This document shows, in pieces, positions 45,961-56,919 of a stretch of DNA of 64,000 nucleotides. The position numbers were made by a program, and so were the translations under genes. The stretch lies in NCBI RefSeq assembly GCF_009914755.1, contig NC_060932.1. One strand, given 5' to 3'. Source of the DNA: the human T2T-CHM13v2.0 reference genome, Homo sapiens. Each line of letters opens with the position of its first letter. Position 1 is the first letter of the stretch. Under the pieces are notes generated by a model that searched no databases, had not been told where the DNA came from, and saw only the letters and a program-made list of their open reading frames with translations.

Positions 45961-47699
45961 CTTGGACATCACCGGCCACAGTCCTGTGACGCCCTGTGAT
46001 CTTCTGTCCCAGATCTCATTCCACTGGCTGTGCCTGTCAGGGTGTGCTTAGATTTTGGAGTCCCAGTGTAAGGCGTGCTCTTATTGGGAAGGGGGCTTCT
46101 TCATTCTCTTCTTGTGAATGTAGATGTGAAGCCAGGGCATAAGGAGAAAAAGAGAGGCCAAAAGAGAACCAGAGAGCCAGGGAGCTAGGGAGAGTGAGGT
46201 TGAAAAAGAAGGTAACGTTGAGTATTGGGAAGCTGTCTCTGATGGATTTTGAAAAGCAGTGATAGTGAAAGAGTTCTAGAAGCTTTGTAGAAGGTGTTGA
46301 AAAAAATAGTGAAAGTTACGTGGGCAAGAAATAGTGGGATAGATGACACAGACAAAGAGAATCAGGAGAGAGGTGGAGGACAGAATAGAAAGGGGATTCT
46401 GACCAACCACAGCAGAGGAGTAAAGGAAAGAGATCCCCAATTCATTAGGGTTTTTTTAAAAAGTCTTAATTATATTCTCTTTTGTTTCAGATTCAGATGA
46501 TGAGGCCTCTTTAGATTTTTAGTCTTTATTATATTTTGGAAATATCTTTTAGTACTTAGTAAAGGATTTTACGCTATTTCAATGTGCTCTTGGAAAGGGT
46601 ATTGGTTTTTTTATATTAACAGTCAAAACCTAGTTTAATCAGTAAGTCTATTCTTCTACTGTCTCCATTATTTCCTTACATGGCCTTTTAACTGGGTCTG
46701 TAAAATACAATTTTCAGGGAAGTGTATGTTCCCTTGACCTCTCTCTGCAAATTTTCAAGGATGGACTGAAGTGATCAGGAATTTTGTTCTAGCAGAGCCA
46801 TTCTGTTCATGATTACTAAATTGCTCAGAGCTAGTTCAAGCCAATAAGTAGGTATCCTTAATTTCATATTTTTGATAATTCAATGAGTTGTTCTGGAAAA
46901 AAAGGAATTAAATGCTTGAAATCAGATTATTGTGATTAAAACCATGAGAAAGAAGTTGCTCTTGCTCCAGAGCATGAAATATAGTATAGAATCTTTAGGG
47001 CAAAGAGAAGGAAAAACCCTATCACAATTCGTCACAGCACATCATTCTTGTGAAGCTAGTGGTGGTTACTCTCTACTGGCATCTCCTACTGACCTTGCCT
47101 GCCCCAAGAGCCAAGTACAGAATGACAAGGCAGCTTGATGAGGGGAGAGTCAAGACTTTTTAAACTAACTACAGAACAAAATTATCTCTCCAAGTAGGAG
47201 GGGACACTTGGTGCTATAAATGAATATAAATGACATGAGAATGACATGAGAATGAAAACTGTCAATATAATAAATAGTTTGCAAAAGCTCTAACTTAAAA
47301 CACACAGGACTTTCAGAGTAGAGAATTCCTAGCTCTGTAAAGAATTTGGGACTCCATTTGAGAGAAGCCTTGGTCTCTACTCACTGTGAACCAACATTCA
47401 GCCAGGTACCACCGTTGGTATGTTACCAAAAAAACTCAGTAAAAAATGCTTTCTTAAGAAGGAAATAGGAAAGGAAAGTCTTTACAAGGGCAACTGATCA
47501 TCTTGTGGATTACCAAATACTGCAGATTTCAGGTCAGAAAACGGAGTCATGGAGAATAAAAAGAAAAAACTAACACACAATTGAGCAAATAATTCATAAT
47601 TTAGAGAATGTATCTACTCATTAAAAATGTGAAGTGTAAATGTATAACAGTTATGTGACCTGGGAATTTTGAATACAAAATTATGTAAGCAACTTTATT

Positions 47700-48600
47700 A
47701 TTTTTTAATAGAAAAATACTTGCAAATATTGAAACAATAAAACCTGTTGCTGAAAAATCTAATATGTTGTTAAAGTTCTAGTTTTATTTATGCAGGTCTG
47801 ACACATAGATTTGCATAAGCTATCCTTAGCATGTGAGTAGAGATTTCATCCTTCTCTTCCCGTTTCCCCATCATCAACAGCTTTTTTTTCTTCCCACAGC
47901 CAAACTCCCTTCATTCCAACTTCCACCAAAACCACTTCTCTGGATCCATCCCTGGAGTTGACACAACAGGGATCTTCAGCCCCAGGTGCCAGGTTTCTCA
48001 GTGATCCATTACACAGATTTAACAGGGAAATGGGGGCAGTATCAAAAACACCCAGTATAAACCATTGAATTACCCCAGCCCTTGTCTCTGCCCATGAACA
48101 ACTGCCTGGGGCCAGAGAATTAGGCATCCCTGCTCTTCTTTCCCTCAGAAAGCCCTTGAGACGTTCTCCTTGAAGCTCCCCTAGGTGGGAGTAGAAGTTC
48201 ATCTCCTGACACTCCACGTTTTATTCATGAGTCCTGAGTTATGACACAGAGGACACAGTTGTGCTCCCCTTACTATGGACTAGCAGATAAAGCACCTTAA
48301 CCACTCAGCCACCATGCAAACCCTTCTTATATTTGATTCAATATACTTTTCCGCAAGCAAAATAAAAGTTCTGACCAAGGAGGCGTCGTCTGATTTGACT
48401 CTAGAACTTGGAAATGCATTGGCTTTTAGCAAATCTCAGTACTGAATGTAAACTTCAAGGAGAAATGGTTCCAGGAAATAAATTGGGATGACATTGAACT
48501 TTTAGCAAACTGCAAAATCCTGAAACCATGGACTTACTGAGGCCAATTAAATGGGCTAATTCATGGGTGGAAGTGGTACATCCTAAAAATTCTCCACAAG
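47700..48600 (+). repeat. Local duplication, copy 1 (paralogous to ~63070-63990)
   Basis: e.g. TGCAAATATTGAAACAAT, TCCATCCCTGGAGTTG, TAGCAGATAAAGCACC and ACTTACTGAGGCCAATTAAAT are shared in the same order. Confidence 0.9.
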
Positions 48601-49079
48601 TGATTCTACACTGAAGCCAGGGTTTTTGTCAAGTACTGTGTGAGGATGAGGATGGCCATCTGCTTGGCAAGCCATCTGGTCCAGGCAGGGCTCACATTAT
48701 TGTTCACAGTTTAACCTATTTAATTAAATAGTAATTTTCCCCCAAATCTTATATGACATAAGCTGTAGTCCTGAGCCACATTAAGATGTACTATTTATGC
48801 AGTAAAATTGTATGGGATTTGACAAATGCATAGCAGCAGTTTTCCAGCATTAAAGTATCACAGAACCCTTCTCTTATTCAAGCTCCTCTTCCGTCCACAT
48901 ACAGGGAATCAATCGCCTTTTGTATATGGTCCTTGGACGTTGCTTCTTTATTTCAGTTATCTTCCATCAAAGCAAATGATACCGTGCTCTATTTTCATTT
49001 GATCCTCCAAAAGAAAGGTACTGAATAATCTAAACCAGAATTTCAGCCATTCAGAGACTTAGGTCCATCGCTAAGCGGT

Positions 49080-49330
49080 AGAAGCCAAGCCTCTTGCGCT
49101 GCAACCCCATGGCCGGCAGAGGGCGAGGGAACACGCCGTCCCGCCCTCCGGGGCGCATGCGCTTTCTGCCTGCGGAGGCGGGGCTGGGTCTCCAGGAAGT
49201 ACGTGAGTTTCCTTTCCTCTGGTCAGGGAGGAGGCGCCGCCCTGGCTTTGGGGCAACTAAGGCGATGTCCATCAGGAGGAAAACTTCCTGTCCGCAGCCC
49301 TAACTGCTGAGAAGGGAGATTCGCTGCAGA
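49080..49330. promoter_or_regulatory. Small CpG-rich patch with CTCF-like, NRF1, GC-box and ETS motifs
   Basis: TGGCCGGCAGAGGGCGA 49110-49126; GCGCATGCGC 49153-49162; GGCGGGG 49177-49183; CAGGAAGT 49193-49200. Confidence 0.55.
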
Positions 49331-50228
49331 GTATCCCGGATATTTTTCTGAAACAGCCATAAAGACTTCATTTTCAGGGCTGTTGCCACGTGTTTTATTC
49401 TGTATTTTCTGTTGGGATACTTTAGCATTATTTTACAAATGTATAAATTTGGGGTTAGGGAGGGCTTTCTGATAGATAATAGAAGCAGGCTGTAACATGT
49501 CCTCCCTGTGACCTCATTGAGGATTGATTGTGAGGAGAAACAAGAAGAATTGTGAGGAAAATCTACAGAATACGGGGACCCTGCAGAGGAAGGGGTCGGG
49601 TCAGGGCAGGGCCACACAATTTCAGTGCAGCCCGTGGGAAAGGGGCCCTTGCAGGGAAACCCGCGCTCTGCCTCCGTGCATTTCCACATTGTGAGGGGCT
49701 CATCTTTCCTACAGTGCTAAAGTCACTGAAAAATAGACAATGAAAGAGAGGGACATTAATTCAACATTCAGTTGTTGACGATAAAGCATTCAGAACCACA
49801 TCTTTCTCTTCATCACAGCACTGCAGATGTAAAAAATGGTTTTAATTTCAAAGGCAAGGGGAAGAGGTACACTTGTGAACAAGTTTGGACCCCAAATGAA
49901 AATATATTGCTTAAATATTTCTTCAAAAATAAGTCATTATTCTGTGTTGCAGGATATATCCTGAGATTTTTAAGCTATAACTTTATTAATTTATTGGTTA
50001 AAACACATTTTGTTTATAGCCAAAGCGATTATAAAGGTAGAATATTTGGCAAGTCCCTCATATTTTTCTTCTTCTACTAGGTTTTCAGCTAGAATTGACA
50101 CACACAAACTCACAATGAGGGGCCTCTTTCTTGACCATAAAATATGCATACTCCAGAACCCTCAGTGTAAGCTGTTTCTTGAATATCTTAACCTGATCCC
50201 CACAACCAGAGAGAATGTAGAGAAGTAA

Positions 50229-50524
<296 letters not shown>

Positions 50525-50551
50525 AAGTAACCCAACTTTAAAACTACATCT

Positions 50552-50848
50552 GGTTGGGCACCATGACTCATGCCGGTAATCCCAACATTTTGTGAGGCGG
50601 ACATGGGCAGATCACTTGAGGTCAGGAGTTTGAGACCAGCCTGGCCAACATGGTGGAACCCCGTCTCTAACCAAAATACAAAAAGTAGCCGGGCATGGTG
50701 GTGCACACCTCTAATCCCAGCTACTCGAGAGGCTGAGACAGGAGAATCGCTTGAACCTGGGAGGCAGAGGTTGTAGTGAGCCAGACTGCACCACCTCACT
50801 CCAGCCTGGGCAACAGAACACAACTCCGTCTGAAAAACAAACAAACAA
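50552..50848 (+). mobile_element. Alu (AluS type)
   Basis: Forward dimer, TSD AAACTACATCTG. Confidence 0.95.
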
Positions 50849-51564
50849 ACTACATCTGATCTTCAGCAAAGTATCTGCTGTTCTGCTCAGAAAAGACCGA
50901 AATCCACAAAGCAGACAGACCTCTGAATAAAGACACTAAGGTCCGCCGTGGGCGCTTTTAAGAAGTTAGCAGGGCCTGTACTTCACCTAATAAGACTGAG
51001 GAGGATATCAGCTAAATGGAAAGAATCTACAAACAAATGTATACAATTTCTAGGGAGAGAATGACATCCTGAGCTCAAGGGCCTGTTAGTGACGGCACAT
51101 TCAGTAATGGTGCAGCCTCACAGAATTTCCATTTAGTTCAATTTTGGTATTTACTGGTCATCTTTTCTCCCCAATACCATCCAACCTTTTTTATGTTGTC
51201 AAATAATTTTTAATCATAAAATGATTAACTCTGAGTTTGGGCATTTGGTGTCTGGCCTCCTGATGGAAGTTTAGGTGACTTTGTCCATGGAAATCATGGA
51301 TTTTTAATTAATAAGTAATGTTGAAAGGGAAACTTGCATTATAATTCTGAAACCATTCCAGTGGGGGATACAGGCAAGAAATAAGCCAACAGACAGATTA
51401 GCACATAGTGATATATTAGAAATTAAGTAAAGGTCCTTTTGGTATTTTTCCCAGCTCATCTTATGATATGAGCCTATTATGTTTGGATAACTTTCCCCAG
51501 GAGATTCATTTTAAAAGTTCTTTCACTTAAAATACATATTATTTTATTATTTAAAAATACTGTC

Positions 51565-51859
51565 ACCAGAAGCGGTGGCTCACGTCTGTAATCCCAGCAC
51601 TTTGGGAGGCCGAGGTAGATGGATCACTTGAGGTCAGGAGTTTGAGACCAGCCTGGCCAGCACGGTGAAACCCCGTCTCTACTAAAAATACAAAAATTAG
51701 ACAAGCGTGGTGGCACATGCCTGTAATCACAGCTACTCGGTACTCTGAGGCAGGAAAATCACTTGAACCCAGCGGGTGGAGCTTGCAGTGAGCCGAGATC
51801 GTACTACTGCATTCCTGCCTGGGAGACAGAGTGAGACTCCATCTCAAAAAAAAAAAAAT
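51565..51859 (+). mobile_element. Alu (AluS type)
   Basis: Forward dimer, TSD AAAAATACTGTCA. Confidence 0.93.
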
Positions 51860-52200
51860 ACTGTCAGCCCTCCACATCCATGGGTTCCAGCTCCATGGAT
51901 TCAACTAAACTTGAATAGAAAATATTCAGAAAATATTTACACAATTTCCACCCCCCGACAAAAAAAAATTTGAATTTTCCCTTCACCAAATTCTTTGTTG
52001 AGAACACGTAAGTAATGTAAGGTCTGGGCATTGTATTAGGTATTATAAGTAATCTAGAGATAATTTAAGCTATATGAATTAATATGAGTAAGTTACATCT
52101 AAATTCTCTACCACTTTATACAAGGAAGTGGAGCATCCACAAATATTGTTACCTTCAAAGTTTCCTAGAACCAATCCTTTATGTTTACCCAGAAATGATT
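51860..52200 (-). mobile_element. MER2/Tigger-type DNA transposon remnant
   Basis: Ends CTGTCAGCCCTCCACATCCATGGGTTCC..GGATTCAAC and ..TTCCTAGAACCAATCC; internal TAGGTATTATAAGTAATCTAGAGAT. Confidence 0.75.
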
Positions 52201-52706
52201 ATGCACATGAAACTTACAGAAAATAATTGTCTTTCCTAATTAATGAATAGTATACAATAGAATGTAAATAGCACTATTTTAAAATGCTGATATTTTATAT
52301 CACATTTCTATGGTGAATCAGAGTAGAGGTTACATTAGATTGATTTTGATTAGATTAGGCTAATTCTAACAGGGGCACACCCATATCACTTGAGTTTTGA
52401 TAAAAGCACTCCCATGCAGGTCCTACTACTTAATCAGCAGCACTAGCCAATCGTGTTCATCCATTTTGATAAATCCCACAGCTCTCTCTATTATAAAACT
52501 TTTGGGATTTGCCCAAGATTTCATTCTACCATAGCGTCATTCAACCTGTCCCAGGCCAGGGCACACTATTCCATGTTCTGGATGTGCCGAGCTGATCATC
52601 TTCTTCAGGAAAAGTAAAAGATCAAGTCATAGACTGTATAGATTTATAAGAAAATAAGATGAAGATTGAAATTTTCTGATACAAGTGAGTCTAGAGAACC
52701 TTTACC

Positions 52707-54861
52707 ATGTATGGTTACTGGCGCCAAAGAAGCCTTAGTGATTCCTGGACAGAATCGCAGAATGACAATGAAGGAGAGAGCAGGTATGTTAGTGTGTATT
52801 CACCTTGGGTTGCCAGGAGGTTGCCATGTGACTATGTGTGACTGTGTGCATTTGTGTGTGTGTGTGGTGTGAATGTGTGATAAAGGGTCAAACTAGGGCA
52901 GAGAAAGCACCCTGGCCTGCCATGACATTGAACGTTATAAATTTAGAACACCTGCCGGAGACATGAGACCCACAGTGGAGGCCATAGGATCCTGCCAGCA
53001 TGGGGGGTTTCTGGACCTGTCAGGGGGCTCATCTCAGGTTTCCTCCCACTGTCGATCTATGTTCCCTCTCTAAATGAAAGTCACCTCTTGTGCGGAGACA
53101 GGTAAACTGTGGGCATGATCTAAATTTCTTCCCTGTGCTCATTAGAAAATGAAACATTTCCCATCATCTCTCACTCCATTCACACTGTAACTGCACAGAC
53201 ACGGTGCTCAGATACCTGAAATAACAACGTCTTCCCTGAAAATCCTCAGACCAAATTAGATGTCCCTTCTCAGATGGATGAGCTCCTGAGAAAGCAAACT
53301 GTTTCCTGTGGTCACCATCCCTTATCACACACATTCACCGATAGGAAAAGCCATTAGAAAAGTTGAGGGTGGGAGATGAGCATTAGGACTTACTGGATGC
53401 AGGTAGGATTTGGAGCCCAACACAAGTGCACTTGACTGAGGGACACAGAAAGAATGTGTGCTGGATGATAAATGGAGTTTTGGGCTTGTGAGAATTAGAC
53501 TCTGTGTGGAAGACTAACGGATCCCTTTCTGTCCTGCAGCTTGGCTACCACGCAAATGAATCCACCCAAACGTCACCAAGTGGAGCAGGGTACCAGTATA
53601 GGTAAGGCAATTTCCCTGATATTTCTTAAGATCTCCCTGCCTGGAGGTCAGTGTCATGTCTCACAATCTTATAAAAGGAGAGGGTGCTTTCTGCAGGATG
53701 AGTGGAAAGTCATGCTTGATTGATGGGGGCTGGTGTCCTGAGGCTGGCCTGTGCTGGGTTGTGGATTTCTGAAGGTCATATTCTGAAATCCAAGAGACTC
53801 TTGCTGGAAGAGCCTTAACCTCCGTCACTGTGATCTCTCTGCAGGTGCAAAAACACCCTCAATTCCAGGAGCTCCACACTGAATTCAGGCCAGTCCCTGG
53901 AACCTCCCCAGGTAAGTTATTATGTCATTGCATGGCAAAGATTGCAAAACACCCTCAATTCCAGGAGCTCCACACCAGAATTCATGCCCGTCCCAGAAAC
54001 CTCCCCAGGTAAGTTCGTATGTCCTTGTATGGCAAAGATTGGACAGTGCTGCACACTCTTCAAGCTCAAGAGACATCCAGTGGATGTACATTTAGGTGGG
54101 TCAGCATGAGAGTCAATTCTGGGAGGGAGTGTATTTTAAACTTGTAGCGGGTGAAGCTCCTGGCAACTCCCTCCGCATCAGCATCATTTGCAGCCTTTTT
54201 GGAGAATACTGACGGCCATCTTTTCACGGGAGCAGCAGGATTCCAGCAATGAGGAGCTCATCATAGTCCTAGAACAAGGGACAGAAGTGAGGTTGAGCCT
54301 GGAAGAGGTCATCCTCATCTTGGCCCCAGAGACAGCGCTGCAGCTGACCGTGGAGAACACAGTCCTTGTGATTGTTCCTGGCATATCCTGAGGTCACAAG
54401 ATGGCCTGCAGTCCCCTGTGCAGATCCAGTACATCATGCCTTCCATTGATGACTTCAGCTTGGAGTGCCATGCTCAAGATGGAGACATCTCAGACATGAA
54501 AGGAGAGAATGTGCCTCTTTCACCTGCAGAAGAAGGGGAGGCAGCACCCCTATATCACCAGCCCTTGATGATATCCCCAGCAAACCACAAAGCTGGGATC
54601 AGCCCTTTTCTTCTAGTAACCCCATTGTGCATTCCATGCTGTCTGGCAGCCTTCCCCCAACGCTACCCTCTACCACCCACATCTAGTCCCATGGGACGCC
54701 CTAGACCAGCCAACTCCAGTTTCAGCCTGCATGGTATGGAGCTACTGTGCACCTCCTCCCTCAGCCGTATGCCCCCTTCACCAACTCCTGGTCCCCAGAT
54801 CTATCACAGGGTTCACCATAGGCCTCCCAGCAGGGCACAGAGATGTCTCTTTAGGAAGTGA
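52707..54861 (+). pseudogene. PRR23D3P: PRR23D-family (proline-rich 23 domain) unprocessed pseudogene
   Basis: Exons: 52707-52783 (MYGYWRQRSLSDSWTESQNDNEGES), 53540-53601 (LATTQMNPPKRHQVEQGTSI), 53845-53911 (in-frame TGA at 53880-53882), ~54230-54861 (EQQDS..IVLEQGTEVRLSLEEVILILAPE; frameshift near 54380; C-terminus ..RPPSRAQRCLFRK*). The last acceptor reads CGG instead of CAG. AATAAA at 55059-55064. Family call is confident; the exact symbol is less so. Confidence 0.8.
53846..54039 (+). repeat. ~97-bp tandem duplication of PRR23D exon 3 plus its donor
   Basis: Two copies of TGCAAAA(A)CACCCTCAATTCCAGGAGCTCCACAC..CCTCCCCAGGTAAGTT..ATGGCAAAGAT. Confidence 0.9.
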
Positions 54862-56239
54862 TTTAACCAAGAGTCACCCCCTGCATTGATAGGTCAGAGA
54901 TTGTCCAAGTCCTTAGTCAGTGCATTCCCTGAAATGTGGAGAGAAAGTAATTCCAAGGACCGCTTGCTTCCCCTTTGCTGTTTCCCATCAACACCCACTG
55001 TCTTCAACAGCAGAGGGCTCCAGATGCTGCAGGGAGGGGGAGAACCGCAGGGAGTTCAAATAAAACATTCACATTTCACTTCACACACAATGTCCCTTAG
55101 ACTTTCTCTTCCTATTTAACCACATACATCCAACCACACTCAATCGAATCCCTGACTGCTCCATGTGAGAGTTCTGCTTCCAGCATGATGTGGCCTGAAA
55201 ATTCATCTGAAGACAGCTGCTCACTCCCAGGGCTAACACCGCCCCTTGCATGCTGATGTCCTTGTAGTCATTGGTCTGATGCCACAATAAATAATTCCTA
55301 AGGCTGGTGCTCTATTTCTGCCCTGAGACTCTCCCCTTTTTCTCCAAGCTGTGCCCCATTCCTTGTTTTAGTCCAGGTTCCCTACACTCCCCAGGCCAAT
55401 GCTTTTGAATAAATCTTGACGTCATTGAATGAAGTAGTGGTGACTGCTGTGCTTGCTTCCAACTGAGACAGTCTCCTGCTCTCACTCATCACGTTTCCAT
55501 TCACACTTGCCTTTGTTTAGTTTTGTTTTCCATTGTTTGGGTTTATTATTCACGTGCTTATGAAATAACTGCCACATTTCTGACAGTTTTTTTGGCCAAT
55601 TTGGGGCTTTTCCTGTGCTCCTCCTTCCAAGTCCTGAGTGGGGTCACTGTTTGCACCTCTGGGCCCTGGGATGGGTCTGGCTTAGCAAGTGATTGAACAG
55701 AGCTTGGCTCTGTGTGTTCGGATGGGCACCTGCGCTTGTTCACAGCTGCTCCCAGGCTCTCCCTGTCCTGCCTGGGTGTCCCTGTGTCTCTGGAGTGTCT
55801 AGGAAATCTAGCAGTCCCCTTGAGGGCCCAGCACCTCTTTGTTGGCCTGCATGTCCCAGCCTGTGCATCCATGGCCAGCTAGAGCTACCACCACCTTTTC
55901 CTAGTCAACCTGGGTCCTGGAGGCAGGGGAGATGCGGGGATAATGTCCTGGCCTCCCTGAGCCCAACCCCAGTAGGTGGGGAGTGCTCATGTCCCCGGGG
56001 GGAGTACGGGGCGTTTGCCCTTGACTTGCCTGACCCTCTAAAACCTCACATGTTCCCTGGAGGTGGGTGCAGCTTTCTCCTACTCTGGCCTTGCTGGCCT
56101 GGGAAGAGTGTCCTTGGTCCCCCGAGCCCTCACAGCGTTTTCTCTTCTACTGAGGTTTCAGGAACTGCCTTTCCCCTCTGGGAAGGAGGACAGGCACCTT
56201 TTCAGGTTTGATTCTCCTCAGAGTTTTGTATCTCGGCTG

Positions 56240-56700
56240 GGGCGGAAGCAGCCTTCGTCCACATGAGAGGCCCAGCCAGGGCGTCCTCACCAGCCCGGGC
56301 CTCCGGGGAGGTTTTGAGTCTGGGCGCTGGAGAGGCCCCTTCCTCTGCGAGAGCGAAGATGGCCGCCCCAGTGCAGGGGGCGCCTTTCTGCGCCCTTAGG
56401 GCGTCAGGATCCCCCTACGGACGGGAAGTCCCATTGGGCGTCTTTGGCCCCGCCCTCCCAGAGCCCTGCTGATGCGGAGGTGGCGCGGGGGCCCTGGACT
56501 CTGTCATGAGAGGTGGCAGCAGAGGCCAGGCAGGGCCCGGGCTCCGGGTCAAGGGAGTGTCTGGCCTGGGTGGGACTGGGTCCCATCCAGAAACTGGGAT
56601 TCTAGGGTTCTGGTGCGGGTGGATCCGGGGCAGGCTCAGGACCAAGTCCCTCTTCTTCCACCTCAAGGACTCACCCAGGGGCTGGCGGGAGCTCCAGGCT
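56240..56700. promoter_or_regulatory. CpG-island-like GC-rich segment
   Basis: High GC and CpG content; AAGATGGCCGCC (YY1/Kozak-like); GCAGGGGGCGC (CTCF-like); CCCCGCCC GC box. Confidence 0.5.
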
Positions 56701-56708
56701 CAGCAGCT

Positions 56709-56832
56709 GCTCCTCCTCCTCCTCCTCCTCCTCCTCCTTCTCCTCCTCCTCCTCCTCCTCCTCCACTCCTCCCCTCCCCTTCCCTTCCCCCTCCTCTCGC
56801 CTTTCCCCTCCCCCTTCTCCTCCTCCTTCTCC
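56709..56832. repeat. (CCT)n / polypyrimidine tract
   Basis: About 120 bp of almost pure C/T. Confidence 0.95.
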
Positions 56833-56919
56833 AGGTGTTTTCTCTTCTTTTATTTCTGTGAGTTGAGAAATGGCGCCGTCCTTCACATCGGTGTATTTCT
56901 ACCCTAATCCCCAGTACCT

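Noticed and set aside
47846-48217. 123-aa ORF with a vague SPRY-like stretch (LVEVGMKGVWLW)
   Set aside because: The frame and residues are not preserved in the paralogous copy at 63.2-63.6 kb.
54418-54861. 147-aa ORF as an independent gene
   Set aside because: It is the post-frameshift C-terminal half of the PRR23D pseudogene's last exon.
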